Origin: a virus
Lineage: Duplodnaviria; Caudoviricetes
DNA: 64,000 bases
Direction: 5' to 3' (one strand)
IMG/VR virus record: IMGVR_UViG_3300036971_000130
Part shown: piece by piece, positions 48,675 through 58,344 of the stretch
How positions within the stretch are numbered: the first letter of the stretch is position 1
Layout: each line of letters starts with the position of its first letter
The notes under the pieces: generated by a model
What the model saw: the letters and a program-made list of their open reading frames with translations, nothing else
Database searches by the model: none
Told to the model about the DNA's origin: nothing
Translations under genes and position numbers: made by a program

Positions 48675-48751
48675 CGGGACATGGCGCAGCTTGGTAGCGC
48701 ACCGCTCTGGGGGAGCGGGGGTCGTCGGTTCAAATCCGGCTGTCCCGACCA
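48675..48751 (+). tRNA. tRNA-Pro(GGG)
   Basis: Cloverleaf, CCA. Confidence 0.9.
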
Positions 48752-48843
48752 AGAGGTCTGAAGGGCGATCGTGGGCACCCGTCAACGGTCGATACCACCA
48801 CCTCTGATCCAGCCGAAGGCCGAAGATAGGTTGGGTCGACCAT

Positions 48844-48919
48844 CACAGCGTAGCCAAGGTGGTCAAGGCAACCGTCTGCAAAACGGGAGATAGGGGTTCA
48901 ACTCCCCTCGCTGTGTCCA
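48844..48919 (+). tRNA. tRNA-Cys(GCA)
   Basis: ctGCAaa, U73, CCA. Confidence 0.88.
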
Positions 48920-48972
48920 AGGATGTCGAAGTTGGGCATCGTCTGCAATGCCACCCATGATGGGTGTATCAA

Positions 48973-49051
48973 GTCCTCGTAGCTCAGTCTGGTCCAGAGC
49001 GCCGCCCTGTCAAGGCGGAGGTCGCCGGTTCAAATCCGGTCGGGGACGCCA
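48973..49051 (+). tRNA. tRNA-Asp(GTC)
   Basis: Cloverleaf, GCCA. Confidence 0.92.
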
Positions 49052-49097
49052 TCCACATCTGGTGGTCGCTTGACGAGAGCGTATCTCGTCCCAACAT

Positions 49098-49173
49098 GCC
49101 CCGTTGGTCTAGTCAGGTTCAGGACGTTGGACTCTCAATCCAAAGGTCACGGGTTCAAATCCCGTACGGGGTA
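49098..49173 (+). tRNA. tRNA-Glu(CTC)
   Basis: Cloverleaf, ctCTCaa. Confidence 0.88.
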
Positions 49174-49207
49174 CTCAACGCCCGGCGAGAGCGCATCTTG
49201 CCAACAG

Positions 49208-49280
49208 GCCCCGGTCGTCTAGCGGCCTAGGACGCTGGCCTTTCAAGCCGGTAGCACGGGTTCGAATCCCGTTCGGGGTG
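49208..49280 (+). tRNA. tRNA-Glu(TTC)
   Basis: Cloverleaf, ctTTCaa. Confidence 0.88.
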
Positions 49281-49289
49281 CTACGAGAA

Positions 49290-49362
49290 GTTCTGGTGAA
49301 GCAACTGGTGTTGCGGCCTCTCCGAGAGAGGTGCAGGCGGGTTCGATTCCCGTCACCTCGAA
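49290..49362 (+). tRNA. tRNA-like element, identity unclear
   Basis: Canonical T arm, non-canonical D arm and anticodon loop. Confidence 0.4.
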
Positions 49363-49512
49363 CATCGTCAAGGCACGGCACGAGCCATTCCGATCGGATG
49401 GGGAGGGTCGTCGAGTAGGGCGTGAAGGCGATGGTCCACGACTGACCGCAGACCGTACATCTGCAACCTCCACGCACCCTCCTGCTCCGTTCCAGGCAGC
49501 CATGGAACCCTT

Positions 49513-49589
49513 GCGGATGTAGCTCAGTTGGTTAGAGCGTCTGGTTCCCAACCAGAAGGTCGAGGATTCGAGTTCCTCCATCCGCTCCA
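49513..49589 (+). tRNA. tRNA-Gly(CCC)
   Basis: Cloverleaf, TCCA. Confidence 0.9.
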
Positions 49590-49591
49590 AT

Positions 49592-49682
49592 GGAAGGTAG
49601 GTCAGATATTGGTTTGCTGCGCCAGCCTCGAAAACTGGTTGGGTGAAAGTCCATGAGGGTTCGATTCCCTTGCCTTCCGCCA
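49592..49682 (+). tRNA. tRNA-Ser(CGA)
   Basis: Long variable arm, GCCA. Confidence 0.85.
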
Positions 49683-49696
49683 TCTCAAACACCCTT

Positions 49697-49787
49697 GGAG
49701 GGTAGGCAACTGTTGGTTCGTTGCAACGGTCTGGAAAGCCGTGGGGTCTTCGGGCTCCCAAGGGTTCGATTCCCTTACCCTCCGCCA
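49697..49787 (+). tRNA. tRNA-Ser(GGA)
   Basis: Long variable arm, GCCA. Confidence 0.85.
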
Positions 49788-49795
49788 GACTTCTT

Positions 49796-49886
49796 GGAGA
49801 GTAGGCGTACTACTGGTTTGTCGCGCTCGGTTGCTACCCGAGTTGGGTGAAAGTCCATGAGGGTTCGATTCCCTTGCTCTCCGCCA
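49796..49886 (+). tRNA. tRNA-Ser(GCT)
   Basis: Long variable arm, GCCA. Confidence 0.85.
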
Positions 49887-49896
49887 TCGCACCCTT

Positions 49897-49986
49897 GGAG
49901 GGTAGGCAGATATTGGCGAGTTGCTGCGGCAGTCTTGAAAACTGTTTGGGTGAAAGCCCATGAGGGTTCGATTCCCTTGCCCTCCG
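49897..49986 (+). tRNA. tRNA-Ser(TGA)
   Basis: Long variable arm, ctTGAaa. Confidence 0.85.
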
Positions 49987-50011
49987 CTCGCTTGGTGACT
50001 AGGTTGAGGCC

Positions 50012-50323
50012 ATGAAGTTCCTCGCCATCATCGTCGCATCTCTGGCTCTCGTTTCCTGCTCGTCAGGGACCGAGGCTGCGAAGCCGGACATCTGCACGAC
50101 CTCGTTGCGCTCCGGTGAGGCTATGTCCGCATCGGCCATCAAGGACTGCGGCTCCGACAGGATCATGGCCGACAAGATCGTCGTGTCTGAGTCCTGCGGT
50201 TCCGTGACCTGGTTCACCGTGCAGGACGACTCCGATGTCTTCCTGTTCCGTCAGGGTGTCCCAGCCATCCAACTTCCGGCAGGAACCGAGTTCTCGTTCC
50301 CAGACAAGACACCGGACTGCTGA
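50012..50323 (+). CDS. putative lipoprotein within tRNA array
   Basis: LVSC lipobox; TAGGTT box 6 nt upstream. Confidence 0.7.
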   Translation: MKFLAIIVASLALVSCSSGTEAAKPDICTTSLRSGEAMSASAIKDCGSDRIMADKIVVSESCGSVTWFTVQDDSDVFLFRQGVPAIQLPAGTEFSFPDKTPDC

Positions 50324-50426
50324 ACAACCACCAACCGATCGAGAAAGGATCGCCCGATGCTGAACGCCAAATCGCCCTCACGGGCGACCTCCTGCGTCTG
50401 ACGCAGATCGTCCGTACTCCCGTCTC

Positions 50427-50502
50427 GGGGGTCTAGCTCCAATGGTAGAGCAGCGGACTTTTAATCCGACGGTTGAGGGTTCGACCCCCTCGGCCCCCAC
50501 CA
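50427..50502 (+). tRNA. tRNA-Lys(TTT)
   Basis: Cloverleaf, CCA. Confidence 0.88.
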
Positions 50503-50503
50503 T

Positions 50504-50580
50504 GCCTGCATAGCTCAGTTGGACAGAGCGTCTGGTTCCGGACCAGAAGGTCGGAGGTTCGAGTCCTCCTGTGGGCACCA
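50504..50580 (+). tRNA. tRNA-Arg(CCG)
   Basis: Cloverleaf, CCA. Confidence 0.92.
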
Positions 50581-51287
50581 GCCCGAAGACGGGAGGCAAG
50601 GGAGGCGGGTCTCCGTTCGAGCAGACCACAACCACCGGCAAGAAGCCGGTCCCGACGACCGCTGCCGAGCAGACCACGACTTCCGAGGCCACCACGACCA
50701 CCGAAGCCGCCTCCTACGACGAGAACTCGCCTTCCGCCGACCTCGATCGTGTGCTCACGAAGAACGATGTCGTCGCTGCGATCTCGCTCGTCGGTGACGA
50801 GGGCACGGATGTCAGCGAGTACCAGAAGATCGACTCCGACTTCGCTTCGCTGTTCGACATCTGCCCCGGCACCTCGGACGTGATCCCGAACGGGACGCTC
50901 GTCGGCAAGGAGTGGAAGAAGCCCTCCGGCGATGTCCTCCTGATCGTCGCTGGGATCGACTCGGACACGCTCGTCGATGACGACCAGAACGAGATCCTCG
51001 TCGACAAGTTCAACAACTGCAAGATCGACGGCGACGATGACGAAGGCAACAGCGTCTACGTGAGCGCCTTCGCCAACAAGTCCTACCAGGACAACTCGTT
51101 CTCGTGGGACATCTCCGCTCGTTCCTACCTGGTCGACGGCACCACCAAGAAGTTCGCCACGGACGGCTACTCGTTCCGCTACGGGAACGTCTCGGTCCTC
51201 GTCATGCGAGCCTCCATCGAGGATCGCTACGACCAGGATGTCACGGACATGGCACGGGAACTTCGTGCCGAGTTGGTGATGTCCTGA
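50581..51287 (+). pseudogene. 5'-truncated secreted/lipoprotein gene abutting tRNA-Arg CCA
   Basis: Strong coding bias, Thr-rich linker, no signal peptide or start outside the tRNA. Confidence 0.6.
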
Positions 51288-51340
51288 CCCACCACCCATG
51301 ATGTAGGTGTCCCGGTTTCGGCCGGGACCCGCATCATCCT

Positions 51341-51411
51341 GCGGGCGTAGCTCAATGGTAGAGCATCTGGCTTCCAACCAGAGTATGAGGGTTCGATTCC
51401 CTTCGCCCGCT
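51341..51411 (+). tRNA. tRNA-Gly(TCC)
   Basis: Cloverleaf, ctTCCaa. Confidence 0.92.
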
Positions 51412-51565
51412 CTCGGAACTGGCCGTGCGGCCCTTAACCAACGGCCGGTTCCTACTTTCGCCACATCGGTACGCCGATGGTCGTCGACCCTGAAGCCGAC
51501 GGGGGTCGTGAAGCGAGATACCCACCCACCCTGGTACCAAGGGAGGGATGGCACGTCGGCTCCAT

Positions 51566-51641
51566 GCCTGGTTAGCTCAGTTGGTAGAGCATCCCCCTCG
51601 TAAGGGGAAGGCCGTCGGTTCGATCCCGACACCAGGCTCCA
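51566..51641 (+). tRNA. tRNA-Thr(CGT)
   Basis: Cloverleaf, CCA. Confidence 0.92.
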
Positions 51642-52002
<361 letters not shown>

Positions 52003-52044
52003 CGACCTAGGACACAGGTCATCTCACCACCCATGATGGGTGAC

Positions 52045-52260
52045 ATGCAGACGACCTACGCATCACCCTTCCACCTTCGTGCCGGAGACAAGGTTCTCGA
52101 AACCGATGGTTCGGTTCTCGAAGTCATCAATGTCGGCCAGGTCTTCGATGTGATCACCTGCGGTCTGCACGCTAAGATCGAGCTTCGTGACCAGAACGGT
52201 GAGACCATCACGGAGAACGTGCCGGGCAACGCCAAGGTGAAGAAGGTCATTCCGGAGTAG
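52045..52260 (+). CDS. small SH3/KOW-like protein; stop codon lies inside tRNA-Gln
   Basis: Leaderless start; LRAGDKV...LEV. Confidence 0.6.
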   Translation: MQTTYASPFHLRAGDKVLETDGSVLEVINVGQVFDVITCGLHAKIELRDQNGETITENVPGNAKVKKVIPE

Positions 52261-52323
52261 TTCAACTGGCAGAACGACGGGTTTTGGACCCGTTTGTTGC
52301 GGGTTCGAATCCTGCCTCCGGAT
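52251..52323 (+). tRNA. tRNA-Gln(TTG)
   Basis: Cloverleaf, ttTTGga. Confidence 0.88.
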
Positions 52324-52364
52324 CTAGGTTGGACATCGTCCAGCCCACCACCCATAATGGGTTC

Positions 52365-52958
52365 GTAAGATAGAGCGATCCGATCAGCTTCTTGCGGGAA
52401 GCTGTTAGGACGGCGGACCAGGCCGCAACCTGGTTGGGTGCCCAGCAATGGGGTCCGCCGCCGGTCAGCTTGATCCCCTTCGGGGTAGGGTTGGCGAGCA
52501 CGAACGGAGATACCTTCGACGATTCGTTCGTAGTACCAGTCGAGGGTCGGAGCGGTAAGCTCCGGCAGTCGGGTGTCATGGGCACGTAACGCCTTCGGCA
52601 CCCGACCGGAACACCCAAGTCGTCGCAGCGACTCAAAACAGTGCTTAGGCTGCGAGCGTTCGCTGAACAGCGAGGTGCACTGACCGATCGGATTGCAGTC
52701 CGAGAGGCGGTAGAACAGAGAGACTGCAATCTCTCCGTGATGCCGGTTCACCTGCGTGGTGAGCGAAGGGGTCCAGTCCGAATCCAAGGTCTGGGTCTAG
52801 TGACTTATCGGAGCAGTCCAAGTACATGGGCTGTGTGTGAAATCCCCCAGGGCGACCCCTGGGGGACGAAGCGAGATGGCTACATCACGAACCTAGACGG
52901 CAGTCGAAGTTCGAGGTGGGAGCCACAAACCGGGGGAGGACCCATGTCCTCCCCCGGT
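52365..52958 (+). ncRNA. large structured ncRNA, probably ROOL-like
   Basis: Own promoter TGGACA-N17-CATAAT (52330-52358); many hairpins; long-range stem 52376-52385/52686-52695; terminal hairpin; motifs CTGAACAG, CTAGTGACT, GTGAAATC..GACGAAGCGA recalled from ROOL. Confidence 0.55.
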
Positions 52959-52967
52959 ACATTTCAG

Positions 52968-53041
52968 GCCGAAATAGCTCAGTTGGCTAGAGCGGCCGTC
53001 TTGTAATCGGCAGGCCATGGGTTCGATTCCCATTTTCGGCT
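52968..53041 (+). tRNA. tRNA-Thr(TGT)
   Basis: Cloverleaf, ctTGTaa. Confidence 0.9.
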
Positions 53042-53259
53042 CAAACCGGTCCTACAGCGGAACTCTGTAGGGGTGTCAGGTGAAACCCAGCCGGGAAGAT
53101 GGTCCGAGAGGGCCGGACTTGCTGGTGGAACCACCTGGCTAGAATCGGAAGGTCGTCCCGATGGCTCCACGGAGCACAGGGCCATAGCACCGACACTCCC
53201 CGGATATGCTGGCGGGGAAGCCACCAACAGGACAGTCAACCCCTGGTGGTGGCACATAA

Positions 53260-53336
53260 CGACCCGTGGCTCAGCCCGGTAGAGCAGCACCATGACGCGG
53301 TGAAGGTCGGAGGTTCGAATCCTCTCGGGTCGACCA
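53260..53336 (+). tRNA. tRNA-Val(GAC)
   Basis: Cloverleaf, loop atGACgc, ACCA. Confidence 0.78.
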
Positions 53337-53421
53337 ACTCCCCCTTCCAAGGGGAGTGAAGACGTGGCGTCTCTACTAGCTTGCCCTACATCACCAAGTG
53401 GTGTAGGGTGAGCAAGAACTC

Positions 53422-53566
53422 TCTGCGAGCCAAAGGTTCCCTGTTACCTACACTGCGAATGTACCCCAATCGGGGGACCATCAATCGCCCGCAGAACACT
53501 CTCAGATCAAGCCAAGATCGTCTGATTACCCTTCTGTCACCTCAGACCATCGCCATCGCCTGATCC
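53422..53566 (+). ncRNA. two tandem Y-RNA-like hairpins upstream of Ro60
   Basis: Both have outer stem-AGCCAA, inner stem-TTACC, 3' ACCATC..ATCGCC; units 53422-53495 and 53505-53565. Confidence 0.55.
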
Positions 53567-53635
53567 GAACCCAACTGAACACCGCCAGGACACGCCAGAT
53601 CGGCGGTCCGAGCCACGATCCCAAAGGGACACACC

Positions 53636-55228
53636 ATGACGTACAAGAACCTCGCCACCCGCCCGCACCTCACTTCGACGCCGCAGACGAAGCAGTCCGA
53701 TCCTCGTCAGGTGAAGAACGCCGCCGGTGGCTACGTGTTCACGATCTCAGACGAAGACCTCCTGCGCCGGTTCCTGATCCTCGGGACGACCGCCGGGACG
53801 TACTACGTGAACGGCACGAAGCACACAGCCGACACGTTCGAGAAACTGCGAGGTGTTTTGGACCGCCTGGGTGCCCGGTTCGTGGACATCGTCGTCGAGG
53901 TCTCCGATGGAGGTCTCGCTCCGAAGAACGACGAAGCGATCCTCATGTTGGCTCTCGCCACCTCGGCGGAGGACCCGGTCGTGAGGAAGTACGCTCTCGA
54001 TGCGCTGCCGAAGGTGGTCCGCATCGGAACGCACATGTTCCAGTTCTCGACCTTCGTGCAGCAGTTCCGTGGCAACGGCCCGGCGCTGATGAAGGCCATG
54101 CGTCGTTGGTACACCGATCGTTCGCCGGAGTCCTTGGCGTACCAGTTGGTGAAGTACCAGCGTCGGAACGGCGTGAGCACGAAGACGGTCCTCGGGGTCG
54201 TCCGACCGAAGCCGAAGAACCCGGAACAGGGAGTCGCCTTCGAATGGGCTGTCGGGAAGCGTGGTGACCAGAAGACCGGTCTCCGTGCGATCGACGGCTA
54301 CATCGCCGCTCACACCGAGGGTGCGGACATCCCTGCTCTCGTCCGTGAGTTCGGACTGACCCACGAGATGCTGCCGTCGCAGTCACTCAGCGATCCCGCT
54401 GTGTGGGTCGCCCTGGTCGAGAAGATGGGCCTCACCGCTCTGATCCGGAACCTGGGTCGTCTCACGAAGCTCGGCGTCCTCGACGACCGTGCGATCCGTG
54501 CTGACGTGATCTCCCGCATCACCGACCACGAGAGCATCCGTGCTGCTCGTGTCCACCCGATCGCCTTCCTGTTCGCTCTCACGGCGTACAAGTCCGGTGC
54601 AGGGCGTTCCGGCACGGAGTGGACCCCGATCCCGTCGATCATCGACGCTCTGGACAAGGGCTTCGTCGAGGCGTTCGTGAACGTGGAGTCCACCGGGAAG
54701 CGTCGTCTCATCGCTCTGGACGTGTCCGGCTCGATGGGGATTGAGTTCATCGCCAACTCGAAGCTCTCCGCTCGGGATGCTTCGGCGGCTCTGACGAAGA
54801 TCGCTCTCACCGTCGACGACTGCGATGTCATCGCTTTCACCAGCGGTGATCGCCGAACCCACCGGGACGCTGTCGCTCCGTTGACGATCTCCGCCAACCA
54901 GCGGCTCGACGACATCATCGACGACATCTCGGACCTCCCGTTCGGTCACACGAACTGTGCTCTGCCGTTCGAGTGGGCTTTGGAGAACGACCGTGTCTAC
55001 GACTCGGTCGAGGTCTACACGGACTGCGAGACGTGGGGTGGGAACCAGCACGTCCACGAGGCGCTGGCGAAGTACCGTCGCAAGACGGGCGTCAACACCA
55101 AGCTGATCGTGGTCGGGATGACCGCCACCGATGCGTCGATCGCTGACCCGAACGACCCCGATTCGTTGGATGTCGTCGGGTTCGATGCGTCGGCTCCGGC
55201 TGCCATCTCCCGCTTCATCTCGGCATGA
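53636..55228 (+). CDS. rsr: Ro60/TROVE RNA-binding protein with vWA domain
   Basis: QVKNAAGGYVF, LRRFLILGT, RIGTHMF, YQLVKYQ.R, ALIRNLGR, DVSGSM, TD.ET, GFD. Confidence 0.93.
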   Translation: MTYKNLATRPHLTSTPQTKQSDPRQVKNAAGGYVFTISDEDLLRRFLILGTTAGTYYVNGTKHTADTFEKLRGVLDRLGARFVDIVVEVSDGGLAPKNDEAILMLALATSAEDPVVRKYALDALPKVVRIGTHMFQFSTFVQQFRGNGPALMKAMRRWYTDRSPESLAYQLVKYQRRNGVSTKTVLGVVRPKPKNPEQGVAFEWAVGKRGDQKTGLRAIDGYIAAHTEGADIPALVREFGLTHEMLPSQSLSDPAVWVALVEKMGLTALIRNLGRLTKLGVLDDRAIRADVISRITDHESIRAARVHPIAFLFALTAYKSGAGRSGTEWTPIPSIIDALDKGFVEAFVNVESTGKRRLIALDVSGSMGIEFIANSKLSARDASAALTKIALTVDDCDVIAFTSGDRRTHRDAVAPLTISANQRLDDIIDDISDLPFGHTNCALPFEWALENDRVYDSVEVYTDCETWGGNQHVHEALAKYRRKTGVNTKLIVVGMTATDASIADPNDPDSLDVVGFDASAPAAISRFISA

Positions 55229-55308
55229 GCTACGGCCCGTATCCACCGTACCCTTAACAGTACGGCGGGTACGGGCCTTCTCACGTTCCGAAGCAACGTG
55301 ATCCGCTG

Positions 55309-55734
55309 TTGGCGTTCAAGGTGATCGCCGGTGTGTTCGGGGTGACCTGCCTGCTCGTTCTCGTCGGCTTGTTCGTGTACGGGTTCGCTGCGTCGATGAC
55401 GACTGGTTCTGACCGTGTCCTGGTCACGGCGAAGGGCGAGAGGTGCTTCGTCGACTACCGGTATCGGACGCCCCGTGACGACTGTGAGTACACGATCATC
55501 ACACGGAGTGGCGATGTCTTCATCGTGAACGGTCCGAAGTCGTCGTCTCCGGCTGGCCGGGCTGACTACGACGACTTCGTGGAGTGCTCGATCTACGAGA
55601 TCACCTACCGTGGGTTCGAGTCGAGCCGTGAGATCACGTCAGCCTCCCTCGTCGAGTCGGACAAGGCTTGGACGCCGACCTGCGCTGAGCCGGAGGTCAT
55701 CTCCCTGACGGCTCTCGCCACGGCGTTCGCCTGA
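55309..55734 (+). CDS. membrane-anchored hypothetical protein (start uncertain)
   Basis: N-terminal TM helix. Confidence 0.6.
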   Translation: MAFKVIAGVFGVTCLLVLVGLFVYGFAASMTTGSDRVLVTAKGERCFVDYRYRTPRDDCEYTIITRSGDVFIVNGPKSSSPAGRADYDDFVECSIYEITYRGFESSREITSASLVESDKAWTPTCAEPEVISLTALATAFA

Positions 55735-55759
55735 AACATGTGTGGTAGCATGTAGGGCC

Positions 55760-56428
55760 ATGAAGCGCCTTGCAGCAACCATCACCGTCGCCGCCGCAGT
55801 TCTCCTGTCGGCGTGCCAGACGGGCACCGCACCCCTCGACAACCCGACCGGGTCGAAGGCTTCTCTTGCTGCAACACCGAGCGAGAAGAAGGCTTCGGCC
55901 CGGTCGTTCATCGCTCAGACCAAGGTCGGAGCGACCTCGTCCGGCAACGACTACGTTCGATCGAAGTTCGGTCCGTCCTGGCCGTCGATCAACGGCTGCG
56001 ACATGAGGAACGGGACCCTCACCCGTGACCTCACCGATGTGACTTACAACGACTCGAAGAAGTGCATCGTCAACACCGGCGTCCTCAACGACCCGTACTC
56101 GGGCGAGAAGATCAACTTCCAGCGGGGAGCCTCCACCTCGTCGAAGGTCCAGATCGACCACGTCATCCCGCTCTCCTACGCATGGAAGATGGGCGCACGA
56201 GGATGGACCGACACCCAGCGTCGGAACTTCGCCAACGACCCGCTGAACCTGATGGCGGTCAAGGGCTCCGTGAACGGATCGAAGTCCGACAGCGGCCCTG
56301 CTGAGTGGATGCCTCCGAAGCCCTCGATCCACTGCTCCTATAGCGTCAGGTTCGCTCAGGTCGCCCAGAAGTACAACCTCCCGATCCAGACCGTGGACCG
56401 TGCGAAGATGGACGCTTCCTGCCGGTAG
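55760..56428 (+). CDS. secreted lipoprotein HNH nuclease (DUF1524-type)
   Basis: LSAC lipobox; DPYSG, QIDHVIPL, FAND.LNL, N..K.D. Confidence 0.85.
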   Translation: MKRLAATITVAAAVLLSACQTGTAPLDNPTGSKASLAATPSEKKASARSFIAQTKVGATSSGNDYVRSKFGPSWPSINGCDMRNGTLTRDLTDVTYNDSKKCIVNTGVLNDPYSGEKINFQRGASTSSKVQIDHVIPLSYAWKMGARGWTDTQRRNFANDPLNLMAVKGSVNGSKSDSGPAEWMPPKPSIHCSYSVRFAQVAQKYNLPIQTVDRAKMDASCR

Positions 56429-56473
56429 CTCCATCGGTTAGTCTCCAAACGTCGACGACGAATGGAGACTGCA

Positions 56474-57373
56474 ATGTACACCTACGACGAGTACGAGGAC
56501 GAGCAGTTCGAGCGAGTCCCGAAGCGCAAAGCGAAGAAGCGGACCGCCCGGCGGTACGACAACCGGAAGGTCGAACGCCGCCGGTGCCCTCAGTCCGGCA
56601 AGGCGAAGTACGCCACGGAGGCTGAGGCCAACAAGATCGCCGCCGTCTACGCCGTCGAGTCACCGAAGGGCGTCTACCTCTGCCCGCTCTGCTCGTCGTA
56701 CCACCTGTACTCCATCCGTCGAGAGGACAGCGACGACGGGTTCCGACGTGGAGATCCCTACCGCTCCGCCATCGCCGGATCGGAGTTCACCGAGCACATG
56801 GACGTGAGGGAAGAACTCGGCAAGACCGATGTCGAAGCTCTGGCGGACCGACTCGGCATTGACGTGGTTGTCGAGGATCGGGAGGACTCGGTTCTCCGTT
56901 TCGATGGGGAGAAGTTCACCATCGTCATCAACGAGCAGACCGGACGATCGAAGCGGGTGACGATCGCCTGCGGGATCTCTCTCACGGAGGTCTCGGCCCA
57001 GCACGAGCCGGAGACCTCGATCTACGAACGCTCAGGCATCTCCGTCCACGTTCGAGCGTTCGCACGAGGCATCCTCGCTGACCCGACGCTCTTGGAGACC
57101 CTCTACAACCACAACCCAGCGTCCAAGAGACTCCTGATGAACCGCTTCGACGTGACGGAACGGGTTGCTTCGACGATGCTCAACCAGTTCCCTGCCGAGC
57201 GGCAACCCATGATGGGGGCACGAGCACCAAGAGGTACACCATCGCCATCATCGAAGTCGACGACGGAGATATCGAGCGTCCAGATCCGTTCATGGCCCAG
57301 GCAGCCGCCTAGTACCTGGCCGGGAAGACCAAGGGAGGCCGGGTCTCCTTGGAGTTCTACGGCGGAACGATGA
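56474..57373 (+). CDS. small Zn-finger fused to degenerate ImmA/IrrE-like domain (3' end probably frameshift-extended)
   Basis: C..GK..Y...Y.CPLC..YHL; DVEALA..LGI.V...IVIN...R.TIA; no HEXXH. Confidence 0.5.
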   Translation: MYTYDEYEDEQFERVPKRKAKKRTARRYDNRKVERRRCPQSGKAKYATEAEANKIAAVYAVESPKGVYLCPLCSSYHLYSIRREDSDDGFRRGDPYRSAIAGSEFTEHMDVREELGKTDVEALADRLGIDVVVEDREDSVLRFDGEKFTIVINEQTGRSKRVTIACGISLTEVSAQHEPETSIYERSGISVHVRAFARGILADPTLLETLYNHNPASKRLLMNRFDVTERVASTMLNQFPAERQPMMGARAPRGTPSPSSKSTTEISSVQIRSWPRQPPSTWPGRPREAGSPWSSTAER

Positions 57374-57444
57374 CCAAGAAGGAAGCCGAGGAAGCTGTCG
57401 CCGGACTCCAACGCAACGGCTTCACCGTGGTGCCGACCCGCTGA
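57220..57444 (+). pseudogene. small gene with ACG at the leaderless start position and in-frame TAG
   Basis: CATGAT 57208-57213 + 6 nt + ACG; TAG 57310; coding bias continues to TGA 57442. Confidence 0.5.
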
Positions 57445-57490
57445 GTTTGACACGAACGTGTTCGCCACCCATGATAGGATCGAGCAACAC

Positions 57491-57567
57491 GCCTCTGTAG
57501 CTCAGTTGGATAGAGCGTCCGCCTTCTAAGCGGAGGGTCACGGGTTCGATTCCTGTCGGGGGCACCA
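57491..57567 (+). tRNA. tRNA-Arg(TCT)
   Basis: Cloverleaf, CCA; own promoter TTGACA-N17-CATGAT. Confidence 0.92.
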
Positions 57568-57574
57568 AAATCTA

Positions 57575-57646
57575 GCCCCTGTGGTGAAATGGATATCGCA
57601 TCCCTCTCCTAAAGGGAAGTTCCAGGTTCGATTCCTGGCAGGGGCG
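57575..57646 (+). tRNA. tRNA-Arg(CCT)
   Basis: Cloverleaf, ctCCTaa. Confidence 0.88.
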
Positions 57647-57685
57647 CTCTTGGACGTGTCGTTGTCGACCATCCATGATGGTGAC

Positions 57686-57958
57686 ATGGACATCACCACC
57701 AAGGACATGCTGAAGATCCGAGGCTTCCTGGCTGACTTCCACGGAGTCGAGGTCACCGAGGACGAAGCCAGGGAAGCCTACCGGGGAGCCTGGAACTCGC
57801 CGGAGGACTTCGCTCTCTCGACCGTCGACGTTCCCGCCGAGGTCTTCGCCTTCGTCGACTGGACGAAGATGGCGGAGGACATGGTCGAGTCGGGCGACTA
57901 CTTCCTCGCCTTCGACGAGGAAGCCCTGACTCACCACGCCTTCCTCGTGGCCGACTGA
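57686..57958 (+). CDS. ArdA-like acidic antirestriction protein (short)
   Basis: EAYRGAW.S.EDFA...FVDW.KMA.D. Confidence 0.62.
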   Translation: MDITTKDMLKIRGFLADFHGVEVTEDEAREAYRGAWNSPEDFALSTVDVPAEVFAFVDWTKMAEDMVESGDYFLAFDEEALTHHAFLVAD

Positions 57959-58044
57959 TGGTTGCGGGGCACGCCCGCCCCGACTACATTTCTGAGAAGG
58001 GAGACCCTGACGGGTCTCCCTTCTTCGTTCAACGAGAGGACACC

Positions 58045-58344
58045 ATGTACGACCGTGACCCGGATGCGCTCCATCGGATCAACGAAGCCCATCGACGCTT
58101 CGTCGTGACAGGGCAGGTGTCCGGCTGGACCCTGCTCGATCGTCCGTTCACTCACGCCGAGATGAACCAGGTGACGAACGACGACGGGACCTTCGATGTC
58201 GTGCGCCTGGTTCCCGACGACACACAGGAGGCGGACCTCATCGGTCTCGTGACGGACGAGACGGCCAGGTTCCTCGGTCACCGCCGGATCGACCGGTCCA
58301 GCGGGATGGACATGGCCGTCGTGAGCGGTGTGGTGGTCCGATGA
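58045..58344 (+). CDS. hypothetical protein (PxTxxE family)
   Basis: RBS gagga; RPFTHAEM. Confidence 0.6.
   Translation: MYDRDPDALHRINEAHRRFVVTGQVSGWTLLDRPFTHAEMNQVTNDDGTFDVVRLVPDDTQEADLIGLVTDETARFLGHRRIDRSSGMDMAVVSGVVVR

Noticed and set aside
51566-51641. tRNA(CGT) as a special initiator for the ACG-start genes
   Set aside because: Normal Thr body with paired 1:72 and C-G (not G-C) anticodon-stem pairs.
52365-52958. tmRNA interpretation of the large RNA
   Set aside because: No GGGG 5' acceptor, no T-arm/CCA 3' end and no tag-peptide frame.
57310-57312. Amber recoding suggested by an in-frame TAG
   Set aside because: TAG ends many intact genes (1039, 20013, 27593, 56428, 60919, 63985) and no CTA-anticodon tRNA was found.
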